Below the pieces are notes generated by a model that was not told the origin of the DNA, searched no databases, and worked only from the letters and a program-made list of their open reading frames with translations. Shown here one piece after another: positions 51,110 through 64,000 of a stretch of DNA of 64,000 bases. The position numbers and the translations under genes were made by a program. The number at the start of each line of letters is the position of its first letter. Positions within the stretch are counted from its first letter, which is position 1. The DNA lies in the NCBI RefSeq assembly GCF_006345805.1, contig NC_043008.1, positions 23,126,001-23,190,000 of the forward strand, read 5' to 3'. The DNA is from Octopus sinensis (Eukaryota).

Positions 51110-51460
51110 ATTTCAACCCATCCTGCATCGATCCCGTATGGATGAGATACTGCTCTCAGTTTCCACCACAGCCTCAAGATGGCTCTGGAACCTGGTGCAT
51201 ACATTCCTCACTGTGGCCCTTGGAAAATCTTCGAATACTTCCTTGATCATAGCCACCAGGTCAGCTTTAGTGTTGCAGGAAGAGCAGTTGGTGTTAGCAT
51301 TTTGATACCTGGCATGAATCATCATGACACAGGTAACTCTTTTCCAATATTCAGATGGATTCCAGTCCTCCATCTCAGCTAACTTTTTGTCAACTTTATG
51401 CTCACCAATGCCATTGACTCTTCACCAATACATCAAACTGTTCCTGTAAAAAGGAGATGA
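51110..51460 (-). mobile_element. Tc1/mariner transposase C-terminal relic
   Basis: ORF 51113..51373 ADLVAMIKEVFEDFPRATVRNVCTRFQSHLEAVV. Confidence 0.55.
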
Positions 51461-51537
51461 AAAAATCATGAAATTTAGTCTGAATATCTTGTACCTCCCC
51501 CCACATGTATATATATCCATATACATGTGTATGCATA

Positions 51538-52424
51538 TGAGGTCTGATCAATAAGTATCCGGACCGTTGCTATAGTAATGAAGTTAAAGCACACAAAGGG
51601 AAGCCACTTAGCACAGATTGACCTTGGATTCTGCTGTGCATGTGCACTAAGTTTTAACATTCTAGCTCACTTCTGCTGTTTACAGCAGTCCTTGGAAGGA
51701 ACGTGTGTAGCATGTGATCATCGCACTGACCATGACAGAGAAAGTTGTCATGGTGACACCTGCTCAGAGGCCTATGCAAAGTTGCAGAAAATGTATGGAG
51801 AGTAGTGTATGAGCCACACACAAATATATGAGTGGTTCAAACATTTCCAAGATGGCTGAAAAAATGTTGATATTAGTGAACGTTTTGGGAGACCCACAAC
51901 TTGCAGAACTGAGAAAAACGTTGCAGATGTGCATGCAACTGTGAGGGGAAATCATTGAATCACTATCTGTGAGTTATCAGAGGATGTACCGATTAGTTAT
52001 GGTTCAGTTCAGTCTATTATCATTGAAGATTTGGATATGGGACATGTGTCTACCAACTTTGTGCCAAAACTACTTTCAGCTGACCACTTGGGTTTCAGTT
52101 GCACAAGAGCTCTTTCATTGTGTTGAGAACAATGAAAACTTTTAGAAAACTATGCGTAGGCCTCTGGGCAGGCATGGCCAAGCTTTTGGCAAAATTTGAT
52201 GCAGATTCTCTGCTTAACTTTCTCTGTCATGCTCAATGCGATGATCACACACTACACACCTTCCTTCTAAGCACTGATGTAAACAGTGGCAGTGAGCTAG
52301 AATGTTAAAACTTAGTGCATATGCACAGCAGAGTTCAAGGTCAATCTGTGCTAAGCAGCTTCACTCTGTGTGCTTTAGTTTCATTACTATGATAACAGTC
52401 CGGATACTTATTGATCAGACCATG
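51538..52424 (+). mobile_element. Non-autonomous mariner with TA TSD and long inverted ends
   Basis: TA|TGAGGTCTGATCAATAAGTATCCGGAC ... GTCCGGATACTTATTGATCAGACCATG|TA; internal mariner HTH relic (QIYEWFKHFQDG, FVPKLLS). Confidence 0.85.
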
Positions 52425-54734
52425 TAAATATGTATATGTATGACATGTAACTGCATCCAGTGTTGAGGCTCCAGTTCAGGAGTTCTGAAGTTGTGGGGAG
52501 TCTGGGGTCATCCCTTAATCATGTTTACTCCCAGCTTCATTCTGACCCAGAATGGTAGTATCTCTCAGGGTCTCATATATGGGTCAAATAGATTTTTCAA
52601 GGGTAGTGGAGGCTCATGTTATTTTTGACAAAACCATGGGGAAGATACCTCTTCCAGGAGAAAGATACTCTCACATAGAGCTAGCAGCTAAAGAAGTACC
52701 AGTCATCTTGCAATGTTTGTCACTGGAACTTACCATGGTGACAGAGAGTGGTAAAAGTGTTGTGCAAGCTTAGGCAATCATCATAAATATATGTACACAC
52801 ATACATAATACATATACTTACCTAAGCACATGCACACATGGTAATAATATTAATGATGATAGCAGCTGTGGCAATTCTTGTTGGTATTGTTGTTTCAGAG
52901 AACCAGGCAGTTTGAGCAGAGTGAGAAAGTTGTCCCCATAGAAGCCAGTATTTGATAAGCTAGGGACGATGTTTGCTTGGTTTTTGTTCCTCTTGATATA
53001 GATTACTGCAACTATTTTTCCGTGGTGTGGTTTTCACACAAACAGTATGAGTTGGTTTTGTAGCCATCTTATGTACGAGCTAAATCTTCGTAGGTAGCGA
53101 CGAAGTTTTAAATAGTACACAAGACTATCACAGATTCAACTATAGCGGTTAGGTGAAATCTCGCCACGGAAAAAACGACTACAGTTAACACATCTGGAAG
53201 TAGATTCATATCAAGAGAAAGATAAACGCAACAAGCGATTCAACAGATGTCAGCTCCGAGACACAACATCTTGATATTGAACTCTTACACCTCGTGTACC
53301 TCATAAACAGTAAATCAATTACCTGTCTTTAGTTCTTGTAAGAACTAGCTTCAGAGACAGCGCTAAACAACAAAATGATACAACTGTTCCTTAACCACTA
53401 TGCCAATGTACGCTCAACAACCAAAGACTGCTATCTTCCACCATCAGGTACTTTTCTATGTCAACCACATTCGTTGTCTGTCACACACTAACACACAGAC
53501 ACAAAAACATGCTAACACTTACAAACTTCCAACATCAAGCATGATTGTAAAATATGTAAAATAAATAATGTATATAGCTTAAAAAGAAATCTTGTTGTCA
53601 TTCCAAACTTATGTGTATTGCCGCTGCATGTATTATATAGTCAGTAAAATAATTATTAAGAATGGGATCGCGTGCGACTGTCTCTTATACGATACGACCG
53701 TACATGATCCTGACGATATTGCTACAGTACCAAATATCTTTATTTGTAAATCACCTGTTCTGTAAATATTCATGTAAATCTTTAAATCTATTGATCTAAC
53801 CGACTCTTGTCAGTATATCACTTGGAACATAGGATTTCAAACATTAAAGCAAATATATCTATAAACATAGTGATGCTTTTAGCTATTTTAAAATGTCTGC
53901 AACTGGTTAGATAAATAAGAGCAATTTAGAATGCCACAGTAGTCTCTTTTTGATTGAGAATTTAATTCAACAAAAATGTATGTATTTTTGATATGATAGT
54001 GTATATATAACTCAGTGAAAAATTTTGTTATTGTGCTGTAGATTATCTAATTCCATTAGTTACTTATAAAATGCGGATGCCAGAAGCTTATATTAGATGT
54101 ACACCTGCTAGTTTTTTAGGAACAAGCTTCAAGTACGAGGAGGGAAAATGTATATATCAGAAATTATAGAAGTCAATGAAAGTTATTCTACTATTACCGT
54201 CAGTAATTTCTAGAACAGAATAATGAATCATGTTATGATTTAAAAAAAATTTGATCTGAGATGAAGCAGTAAGATAGTCAATTTACTGACTGGAACATAT
54301 TGTGTTTTATTTACTGCTTTCCAACAATTCTGTAAAACCTGGATTTACCGAAAAGTACTGAAAAAGAGCAGGTGTTTGAAGCTGACTTTTCTCTAAATAT
54401 TTGATGAAATCCCCAGCAGAATGGTAATTCTCAAAGCAAGTTTTAATATTTCACATCATATAATCAATGCTGTGATTAACTTAAAATTCCTGTGTTTAAC
54501 ATTCTCAAATGAAATATTTCAGAGCAGATGTAAGAAATTTATAAAATTACATAAGGTATTTTCCCTCAAAGTATGAGAGCCTTTCAATGTGTGCAACAAT
54601 TCAAAGATATAGTTTTCTGCACATACTGCATATGTATCTGTCTAAGTACATGCATGTATGTATGCATGTAAAAACAGATGCACATGAACATGCGTGTGTG
54701 CGCACACACACACACACACACACACATACACAGA

Positions 54735-55095
54735 ATAAAGAAGTTCACTTCATAACTCTGCAGCTTTGGGTTCAATTCCATTGTACTGTACTTTGGGCAA
54801 TTGTTTTCTACTATAACACTGGTCTGACCAAACTCTGAGTGGATTTGGTAGATAGAAACTAAAAGGAGCTCATCATACATTTATATGTGGGGGTGAGTAT
54901 GTATGTGTGTGCATGTATTTATGTTTGTATCTCTATATTGACATTGTTAGTTGTAAATGTTCATATTTAAAGAATTAAGGGAAATATTACCTCACTTGCA
55001 GATTGGTGAGGGTTGGTGACAAGAAGGTAACTGCCTTGATAAATTTTGTCTAACTTACACTAACACGGAAAAAAAGGACATTAAAACAATGATAA
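54735..55095 (+). mobile_element. Degenerate SINE of the 1435 family
   Basis: GGGTTCAATTCC box B, GAGTGGATTTGGTAGA..GAAACT core, RTE-like tail. Confidence 0.55.
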
Positions 55096-56229
55096 GGATA
55101 TACCTATACACGTGCGCATGTGCACACACTCATCCCACCCCTACACACACACTCACATCGTCAGTGTATCATATATCTGAAAAAGAAGCACAGTGCAGGC
55201 ATGGCTGTGTGGCAAGAAGCTTTGTGGGTGAATTTGGTAGATGTAAACTGAAAAAAGGTCATTACACACACACACACACATAGTGTAAACAGAGTTAGCA
55301 GTTGTAATAACCGACTAAGGGATAAAATATCCGTATGTACTGGTATCTGTTACCCATGCTATGCCTGGGCGTTGGTGTGCAGGCACATCATACACGTAGG
55401 GTGCAGATAACAACAGGATAAACAAGAGTTTATAAGGAACCAAATACAAATAATCAGAAAATGGAGAAAACCTCAGATTAACAAACATCGATTGGACCAC
55501 ATTTATAGTGTGTTTTTTAATATACAAAGTATGACATAACAAATAGGTGACATAACAAATCTTACAGCCATTTCTACATCTGTTGCCAAGTGCTGTCTAT
55601 AAAAAATTTGCGAAAATAAAATTCTTCACACACATGCAGTCATGCATATGCACAGATGCAGGAATACACACACACACTCTCAGACACACACATATACACA
55701 TGTATGCACACACAAACACATCGGTCATCAGCACCCTTGCCTCCTCTCCTAAACTGCACACACCTGCAACCAATGAGGTCTCGCACAGGCAAAATAGCCT
55801 CTGTAATTAACTGAAATAGAAGGTATTCAAAAGGTTGCAAATAGCAATGAAAGAATTTTGCTGAACGAAAAAGCAAATGAGTGGCGCCGAACCAACCTGT
55901 GCATGTGTAATATATATATAAAATTGTAATATTATCTGGGGAAAAGCCTTATAGTGTGTTTTCCAAAGCTTCTCTTCAGGTATTAGGTACCAAATGCTAT
56001 CATACAGAGGGACTTTTTCTATCACTGGATATACTGTAGAAATCTGTAAATATCTATAGAGAAAATATTAAAAATATTAATACAAGAAGATAGATTGAAG
56101 ATATCATTGCAATTGTTTCTATACATCACTACCAGCTGTTCATTGCGGAATGTTACACATATTATAAACTGCACTACATTAATATCACTCAGAAAAAGTG
56201 GCATATGAATCTCTTCAGGTGAGTAGAGT

Positions 56230-58920
56230 CAAATGCTCTGCTAGATCATATTTTGATTCTCCAAGTTTTATACGCAGAGAAATCATTGTGGACAATGGTA
56301 CTTTGCAAGAAGATTGTTATTCTGTTGGTTTATTTTCCTATTTTCTTGTAACTCATCTTGATGAGGTACCTTTGAGTCACCAAATTTTGAAGGTGGAAAA
56401 AGCACTCTCCTCCAGTTGGCATGGTTGCTTGCAAAGTTCTCAGTGTTTTCTTTTCTCTGATATTCAAGTATATCAATTTATCTTTGAATTTATTCTTATA
56501 CTGTAGAGGTTGCCTGTCTACATTGTGTTGTGAATTTTCAAGCTGACCATAAAAGATTTGTTTTAGGATTCAACTATTATTCATGTGAAGAATGCATCCA
56601 CACTATGACATCTGAGTCTTGATTAAGAAAGCTTCTATACCAGGTATACCACACATTTTCAGGACAGTGCTATTCTTTACTCTATCATCTCATTTAACCT
56701 CGTATATTTGCTTAAGATATTGTATACAATAGTTTGTTCAGTTGACTGATATGCTGACAATAAGGTGTCCAGGTCACTGCTCCATATAAAAGAGTTTTTA
56801 GGACAACTGACTTTATGCATCTATTTTTGTTCTTACTGAGACACATAAGCATTCCAGAGTTGATCATAAATCTTCCAAAAGCTGTACTGGCATTTTCAAT
56901 GTGAGTCTGAACCTCCTTGTCTAGTTTAGCAAAGCTTCTGTAGAACCCAAATATGTGAAGGCATCAACTGCAACTGTTTTCAGATCTTTGGCTTCAAGAA
57001 ACACTCTCAGCAACTAAAGCATATGCGCTACAAACAATAAGTCTCTTGTGTGAAATGCAACCTTAGTCCTTGCTTTGAAACACTGTTTTGTTGAAGATAT
57101 ATTCTTCTAGATTCGAGAAACACACCCTCTTTTACATCAAAAAAGGTACATTCCAGGAGTACTGCAAAAAATAGTGTAAATAATACCGGTGTCAAAACAC
57201 AACCTTATTTTGTATCATTTTTTACATTAAAAGGCTGAGATTGACTGCCACTTGCAGGAACAGATGCTTTCATATTGTTGTGTTGGGGCACTATGACATT
57301 TAGCATTTACTTGGGAATCCTGAGCTCTGCTAATATTTTCCATAAAGCCTGTTCACATACAGTCATTGACTTTTGCAAGGTCTACACAGTGAAGTCTTTA
57401 TTGTGTTCCCAAGCCTTTTCTTGAACTTGTTACAAACTGAATACCATATTTACTGTCCCTCAACCTTACCAATATTGACTTTCTGGATAGACAGTACCAA
57501 CTAAATTAGTGTTTCTTCTGTTTAAGATTATTCTAGAGGGGATTTTTTCTGAAATACAGATATACCATGATAATTATCACATTCACACTTTATTACCTTT
57601 ATGCTTATATAGGTGTAGAATTAAATAGAATCAGTGTATCTTTGAATTGTTGATGGACAGTTCCTTTTTTTGCCATATTTGGACTATAAGATCTGTCAAT
57701 TTACCTACCAAAGTATTACTGCTACATTTAAAGATTTCTTTGGGAATACCATCCACTCCTGGGGCTTTTCTATTTGTCAGTTGTTTTATAGTCACTTTCA
57801 CATCATCTAACCCTGAATCTAATGCAAGTATGTCAATGACTTCAACTACAGGTCTTTGGGGAATATTGATTGGGTTCATACCTACATTTGTTTCTCTATT
57901 GAGTACATCTTTAAAATGTCCTGTCCAATGTTTCAGTATGTCATTATGATCTGTAAGAAGATTCCCTTCAGTAGAAAGAGCAGGACAATAACTATCTTTA
58001 CTTGGAGCAAATAGCTGCTCCAAATTTTGATATAGATCTTTCATTCTATGCTTGTCTGCTGATTCTTGCAGAACTTTAGCCTTTTGTTCCCACCACTGTT
58101 GCTTCATATTTTGGGGTTTAGTTTGAACAGAGTTTTTGGTAAATATGTAAAGCTTTTTCTTTCTAGTAGAGTTTTAATCTGTAATCCATTTTTTATAAAG
58201 TCAGTACATTTCCTGAAGCTGTTCATTTGTAACTTCATTATTTTCATCAAACCAATCTTGGTTTTTACTTGAAAACCCAAGAACTCTAGATGACTCATAA
58301 ATAGTATTTCTAAATAGATTCTATGATTCTTCTATATTTATTATGATTCTATTTTTGTAACTTTAAATCAAGTGTTTGCATGAGAATATCCTTATTGTTA
58401 TCTACTTTGACCTAATACCTTTTTTATAATCTTGTTTTATGGTTGGTTTTGGTCTCATTTTTATCTTACTTCAAAGTTTATCATAGAGTGTCCAACGTTC
58501 TGCCTTATGGAAGGGATGTGTTAGTTTAACATCATTTCTGAGCTTTGGACAATCACATAGTTATTCAGATGTTCATGACCTGATCTAGGATCATACCAAG
58601 TTATTTTGTTTTCATTGGACTGTTGAAAACATGTGCTGTTGACAGGAAATCCAAACTCATTGCTCAAAAATAGTAGCAGGAGTCTGTTTGAGTTCATTTT
58701 GCCAAAACTAGGCTTGCCAAGAAAATTTGGCCAAGAAAGGTAATCTGATTAAAATCTTATCTTGATTGGGAATTTGGTTCAGTAATATTCATAAATTGGA
58801 ACAGAATTTGTCTTTAGCTGCATCTATAGAACCAAGTGTTGGTGTGTATGCATTTACTAGTGTAGCATATTTTTCTTGGCTGTGAAATTGTTTACTTAGG
58901 TTTCACAGGTCTGTCATCTA
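56230..58920 (-). mobile_element. Old RTE (BovB-like) LINE ORF2 relic
   Basis: ORF 57631..58107 QWWEQKA..ILKHWTGHFKDVLN..KAPGVDGIPKEIFK; decayed RT and endonuclease motifs on either side. Confidence 0.7.
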
Positions 58921-61329
58921 CTTCTTACCACCATATGTGCGAAGCTCAAGCTAAAGACTCCCAGTAACTTTCTCCACCTGTTCTTGTAGCCATCATTTCA
59001 TCATATGATTTGATTTATCCTCATGTTACAACCTGCACTACTGAACAACCTGCACTATGAGTTTGGTTTAAGTGGAATTTGCCTGTGCTGAACAAAACCC
59101 ATACTCTCCACTGAGAAAGAACAACTTGTACTAATGCCCAGCATACCACTTGTCAGATGCAGACAAGGTCACAGATCAAGTAGTGATGATATGGCTTGAT
59201 CAGCCACTAGGTTGAGGTTTGGTGGCTCAACACATGCATAAATATATATAATAGTGCTAAGTGCTCTAAAGATCAGCCAAAGCTAGTTGTTTGCCTCAGC
59301 AAATCTAGTGGGTGTTACATCAGAGAATCCTTCTAGCCTTTCCCAACCAAGGATGACCTACAGGACAGTAAGGGTTTAAGAATATAAAACATAAATATAT
59401 ATACAAGAAATATAAAATATATAAAAAAATATATAATGATGGAATATAAAAAATATAAATATATGAAAAATATATAAATGTATAATGATATAAAATTTTA
59501 AAATAAAAATATGTCAGGTCACTCTTGAGGTTGCTCTTGAGCGCTTACTGGTAACATGTAATCTAGTACAATCTGTTGCATAGCTGGGTTGTTGGAAACT
59601 AAACTGGCAACCTCACTGAGGTTGCCAGTGAGGAGGGTGACTGATAGATACTTTGTGAGGTGAAAAATAAAACCTGTCAATGAGTGCTGGAACTCATGCG
59701 TAGGCAATGGCTACCCAACAATGTGAACAAGGTTGGATCAAAATGTATTGGGAGTGGTGATATAAAAAGCAAACCATAGCATATATCAATTTGGCATTTA
59801 ATCTCCTTCAAAGTAATCCTCTTCTGAAGCCACATGCTTTATTCTACGTTGAGAAGTTGTGCAATAACAATGTTGTTGCATTCAATATCAGCAAAGTTTG
59901 TAACCTTATTTAGTTTGAGAATCTCCTTTTAATTCTGCCTACCTGTAAGCTGTGCCCAAATGTCTCTTTCATTCAATCTTCATCAGTACATGTGAGTCTT
60001 GTGACTGGGCTATGTGTCTCATTCTTCATTTCATAATAGCAACCTGTCTATCACCTCCTATATGAAATTTCACTCATATGTGGAGAATGCATTCCCCACA
60101 AACTTCTAGGTGTCATCTACATACAACTCAGACATCTGGTCTGCTTTCATGAAAAAAGATGCTAATAACAGCTTGCATTATGAATATGGCACTCCAATCT
60201 CTTTAAACAATAAAAATATGCTATCACTATTCAGATTAAGCTAAGAATCTTGTATTTGTTTTTACCTGACCTTCTCTAGTCATGAACAATACACAATTAA
60301 AGCACCAAAAATCACTATAAATGCAAGATTCTATATTTGATGAATTTTTTTAAAGGTGACTACACTCACATAAATGAAACTGCATCTCAAAGATCAGGCA
60401 TTGTATTCAGAAAATACTTAAGTTCTGATCTGTTTCTGACCATCTACAAAACTCAGTAAAAACATACAATAGCGCACTATTTCTATATCTGGGATGGTAT
60501 TGCTGGTTTAAATACCAACATTCAAAACTGTTACGGTTATTTTTACAGATATTCTATAGAAAAATAGCCTTAACAGAATAATGTAAAAAGTACTGCTAAT
60601 GCAGTAGAATGTGGTATTGACTTATAAAAACATTTAATATACTTTATAGTATATTATGGTTGCATAATGAAATACCATGTACCTACAAATCATTACTCTA
60701 AACTGTATCACCAAAAAAGATCTCTGACCTTTTTAGCAATGACTCATTCACCAGGACATTATAACATCTGGCCTGCTGACTTTTCTCTGTAGCTGTTTTA
60801 ATGCTATTAAAACTACTCTACTCAAATCCTTCTATCACTTCCCTTTTCTGTTTCCCTCACAGTTGTCCTAATTCTTTCTCCACAGAGTGTCACCATCTGG
60901 AGTTCTCTTATTACCTATGTTTATGATACTGATTTGTAAGCTCTCAGAAGGTCTATAAAGGTGTTGGTGGTGACATTGTTTCCTCTCTTTCTCTTTCCTT
61001 CCTGTCTCAGTCTCTCATTCCTCTCTATCATCTAAGACATACAAAATGATGAATTCAACAACAGTGTAGCTCATGGTGATTAATATTCTCTTGATGTTTT
61101 AACCCTGATGTTTTAACTTGATGTTTAACCTTGATGTTTTAACTTGATGTTTTAACCCTAAATTCTTTCACACTGAAACTAAGTATGTTTTCAATATAGT
61201 TTTTATTATTCAGACACCGAGCAACAATTTTCATTCTGTTTATGCACATTACTATTAGAACAGCTGTGGATAATGTCAGATCACACTTGTTACGAAAACT
61301 AACATGTAGTGATAATGTCAAACCCTTTT

Positions 61330-64000
61330 ATAGGAGAATACAATACAATTAGAAAATATTGACTTCGATACCCTGGCTGTTAACACGATTCTCAGAGGAT
61401 AAAAAATTTCAGATAAGAGATTTTAAGCTTTCAACTTGCTACTCCTTTCATTGTATTTTTGCGAATATTATCATCATAAACCCTTATTATTATTTTCTCG
61501 CTACTCTGTCTTATTCTGTCTCCGTCTTACTGTCGATGTATTTTCGTCTTTAACCCTAGCTCACGCATTTCCTTAATTTGCAACATATTCTTTCACTCAT
61601 GAAAATTTATCACACATCACACAGTCTTTCGTCTCTAATCTTGTCTTTCTCCAAATCCCGGAACCATTCCTCCTGCGTGTACTGACCCCCCCACCCACTG
61701 GCTCATCTATCAGCCTTCACTCTGCCTGTTTAATTCCTACACTATATGCCTATCTATCTATTGGCCTTTTCTGTCTCTTAATTCCTAGCCCATGGTTGCC
61801 AGTTCGCGGCAGTTCGCCCGCCCTCCCACCCCCTCCACCTATACCAGAAGTATCTCGTCTTCCTTTGCTTGTCTCCCATGAACACCTAAAGGCATTATGC
61901 CAACCCCACCCCTACTATATAAGGTAGTGATCATATAGTGCAAAACATGATAGTGTAGTGTAAGCAGGTTGAACTTAAGATCATTGTTTGCTTACGAATT
62001 CTGCCAAATGCGAGCTCTCTTTTCAGGTACGTGACGCCACTGTCCCCCGTCCCAGGGTCTCACAGGCCCATACCTCCCACACCCTCAGGGTTGGCACCCT
62101 CAATATCGACACACTGAAAGGTAGGTCTGGTGAGATTGTTGAGATGCTTGAATGGAGATGTGTCAATATGTGCTGCACCCAAGAATTAAGGTGGAGAGGA
62201 GGTTCTGCTAGGTTCCTCACAGGAGCTCTCTTTTCAGGTACATGATGCCACTGTCCCCCGTCCCAGGGTCTCACAGGCCCATACCTCCCACACCCTCAGG
62301 GTTGGCACCCTCAACATCGACACACTGAAAGGTAGGTCTGGTGAGATTGTTGAGATGCTTGAATGGAGATGTGTCAATATGTGCTGCACCCAAGAATTAA
62401 GGTGGAGAGGAGGTTCTGCTAGGTTCCTCACAGGCAAAGAACACAGGTACAAGATTTTCTGGGCAGAGAACACTGACAGGGTTGGGGGGGGGTATACTTC
62501 TTGCGGAGAAATGGGTAGATAAAGTAATTGAGGTAGTGAGAGTATGCGACAGAATACTTAAGATTAGATTAGACAAATGACAGGGACCTTCTCTTTGTGG
62601 CTAGCGACTTCAATGGACATGTTGGACAACATGTTGGGGGCTTCCATGGCATACATGGAGGCTACGGTTTTGGCTCTCGCAATGAGGAGGGAACCAGGTT
62701 GCTGGAGTTCTGTGACACAAATGATCTTATGGTTTGCAATACTAACTTCAGAAAACCTGTCAGCCACCTAGTCACCTACCGCTCTGGCAGACACACTAGT
62801 CAAATCGACTACATCCTCATCAGAAAAAGGGAAAGATGGCTGCTTATAAATGCCAAAACCTTCCCAGGCAAAGAATGTACCCCACAACATAGACTAGTAG
62901 TTAGTGACTTTAGGATCAGGGCTAAATGGATGCCCAGAAGTTGACCAGCAAGGAGAAGAAGGTATGGAGACTTAAAGATCCTGCAAATGGACAGAGATTT
63001 AGAGACATATTACTCGAAGCCTTTGACGAAATAGAAGGGGATATAGCTTCACATGGTATAGAAGACAACTGGAGGTTACAATGGGACAACCTGCTAAGGG
63101 TCACTGACCAGATCTGTGGATGGTGCAAAGTCCCCTCCCGACCCAAAATAACGTGGTGGTGGAACAATGTTGTTGACAGGGCTATTAGAGAAAAGAAACA
63201 GGCTTGAAAGGACTGGAAGAATGGTGGTAGCAGGGAAGTGTATCAGACTGCCAGAAGGGAAGCTAGGAGGCAGGTTTATTTAGCCAGAGGGGAAGCAGAT
63301 AAGAAACATTTTGCCAATGTTCTGCGCTGTGAGGACAAAAGACTTGAGGTATTTCGTGTTGCAAGACTGTGTGTGAGAGAGAATCGTGACGTGATAGGAG
63401 AGAAATGTGTTTGCATGGATGACGGTTCACTTGCACTGGATGAGGATGCAAAGAGAGAGGTTTGGAGACACCACTATGAAAGGTTGCTCAGTAAAGAAAA
63501 TAAATGGGAGAATGGGAGTCTGCCAAATGTCGACCCAACAGAGGGACCAGCTATCCGAGTTGACAGTTCCTTGGTAGATAAGGCAATTAGAAGCATGAAG
63601 ACAGGGAAGGTCCCTGGCCCATCAGGAATTACTGCAGAGATGCTCAAAATATCTGGCAGTGTCGGCTGTAGCCTAGTCACCCATATAGTTAACCAGGTGA
63701 TACACAAAGAAGTCATTTCCAATGACTGGTATAGCAGCATAATAGTCAACTGCTACAAAGGTAAAGGTGATGCTTAGATACAAATGATTACAGAGGTATC
63801 AAGCTGTTGGATCAGGTAGTGAAGATTACGGAGAGGGTCATAGCCCAACTGATTAGGGAGAGAGTCAGCCTGGATGAAATGCAGTTTGGTTTCGTACCAA
63901 GGAAAAGCACCACTGATGCCATATTTCTGTTAAGACAGCTGCAGGAGAACTACCTAGCCAAAGATAAGCCCCTGTACCTGGCTTTCGTTGACATGGAGAA
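61330..64000 (+). mobile_element. 5' part of an RTE LINE (putative long 5' UTR, APE endonuclease, start of RT); continues beyond window
   Basis: LRVGTLNIDTL..CTQELRW, SDFNGHVG, SQIDYIL, QHRLVV, KVPGPSGI; in-frame stops and frameshifts. The 5' boundary is approximate. Confidence 0.85.
62012..62433 (+). repeat. 211-bp tandem duplication at the start of the RTE ORF
   Basis: 62012-62222 and 62223-62433 are near-identical; 211 is not a multiple of 3. Confidence 0.9.

Noticed and set aside
55764-55896. Minus-strand AG/GT-bounded candidate exon GWFGATHLLFRSAK..IGCR
   Set aside because: No recognisable family; the plus strand resembles a decayed Penelope GIY-YIG tail (HTPATN..LTE..LLNEK) next to a pLTR-like repeat at ~55300-55620.
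56136-56218. Plus-strand candidate exon ending at a strong CAG|GTGAGT donor
   Set aside because: Weak acceptor, no IQCH similarity, and no open phase-1 frame to continue the 6007 exon.
61088-61160. Short tandem repeat CTTGATGTTTTAA (about 5 copies)
   Set aside because: Ordinary minisatellite with no further structure.

Overview
AT-rich, repeat-dense eukaryotic (metazoan) genomic DNA. The SINE/RTE/Penelope repertoire and long (TA)n/(CA)n/(TAA)n tracts suggest an Octopus-like cephalopod (inference from recalled repeat families). Only one host exon is well supported: 6007-6187 (+), AG/GT-bounded, encoding a peptide resembling IQCH; the rest reads as one long intron or intergenic space filled with transposons. 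These include RTE LINE pieces (with a PHD-like insert in ORF2), tRNA-derived SINEs with swapped tails, a Chapaev3 relic, a 5S rRNA pseudogene, Tc1/mariner relics, nested decayed Gypsy elements, head-to-tail Helitrons, an ORF1-only (HAL1-like) retroelement whose 3' tail matches a SINE, a ~5 kb foldback Penelope insertion with two hammerhead ribozymes, and a young near-intact Gypsy provirus inside a piggyBac relic. Most short ORFs in the track are microsatellite or antisense artefacts. No CRISPR, tRNA gene or prokaryotic system is seen. All family assignments are by motif recognition, without database searches.
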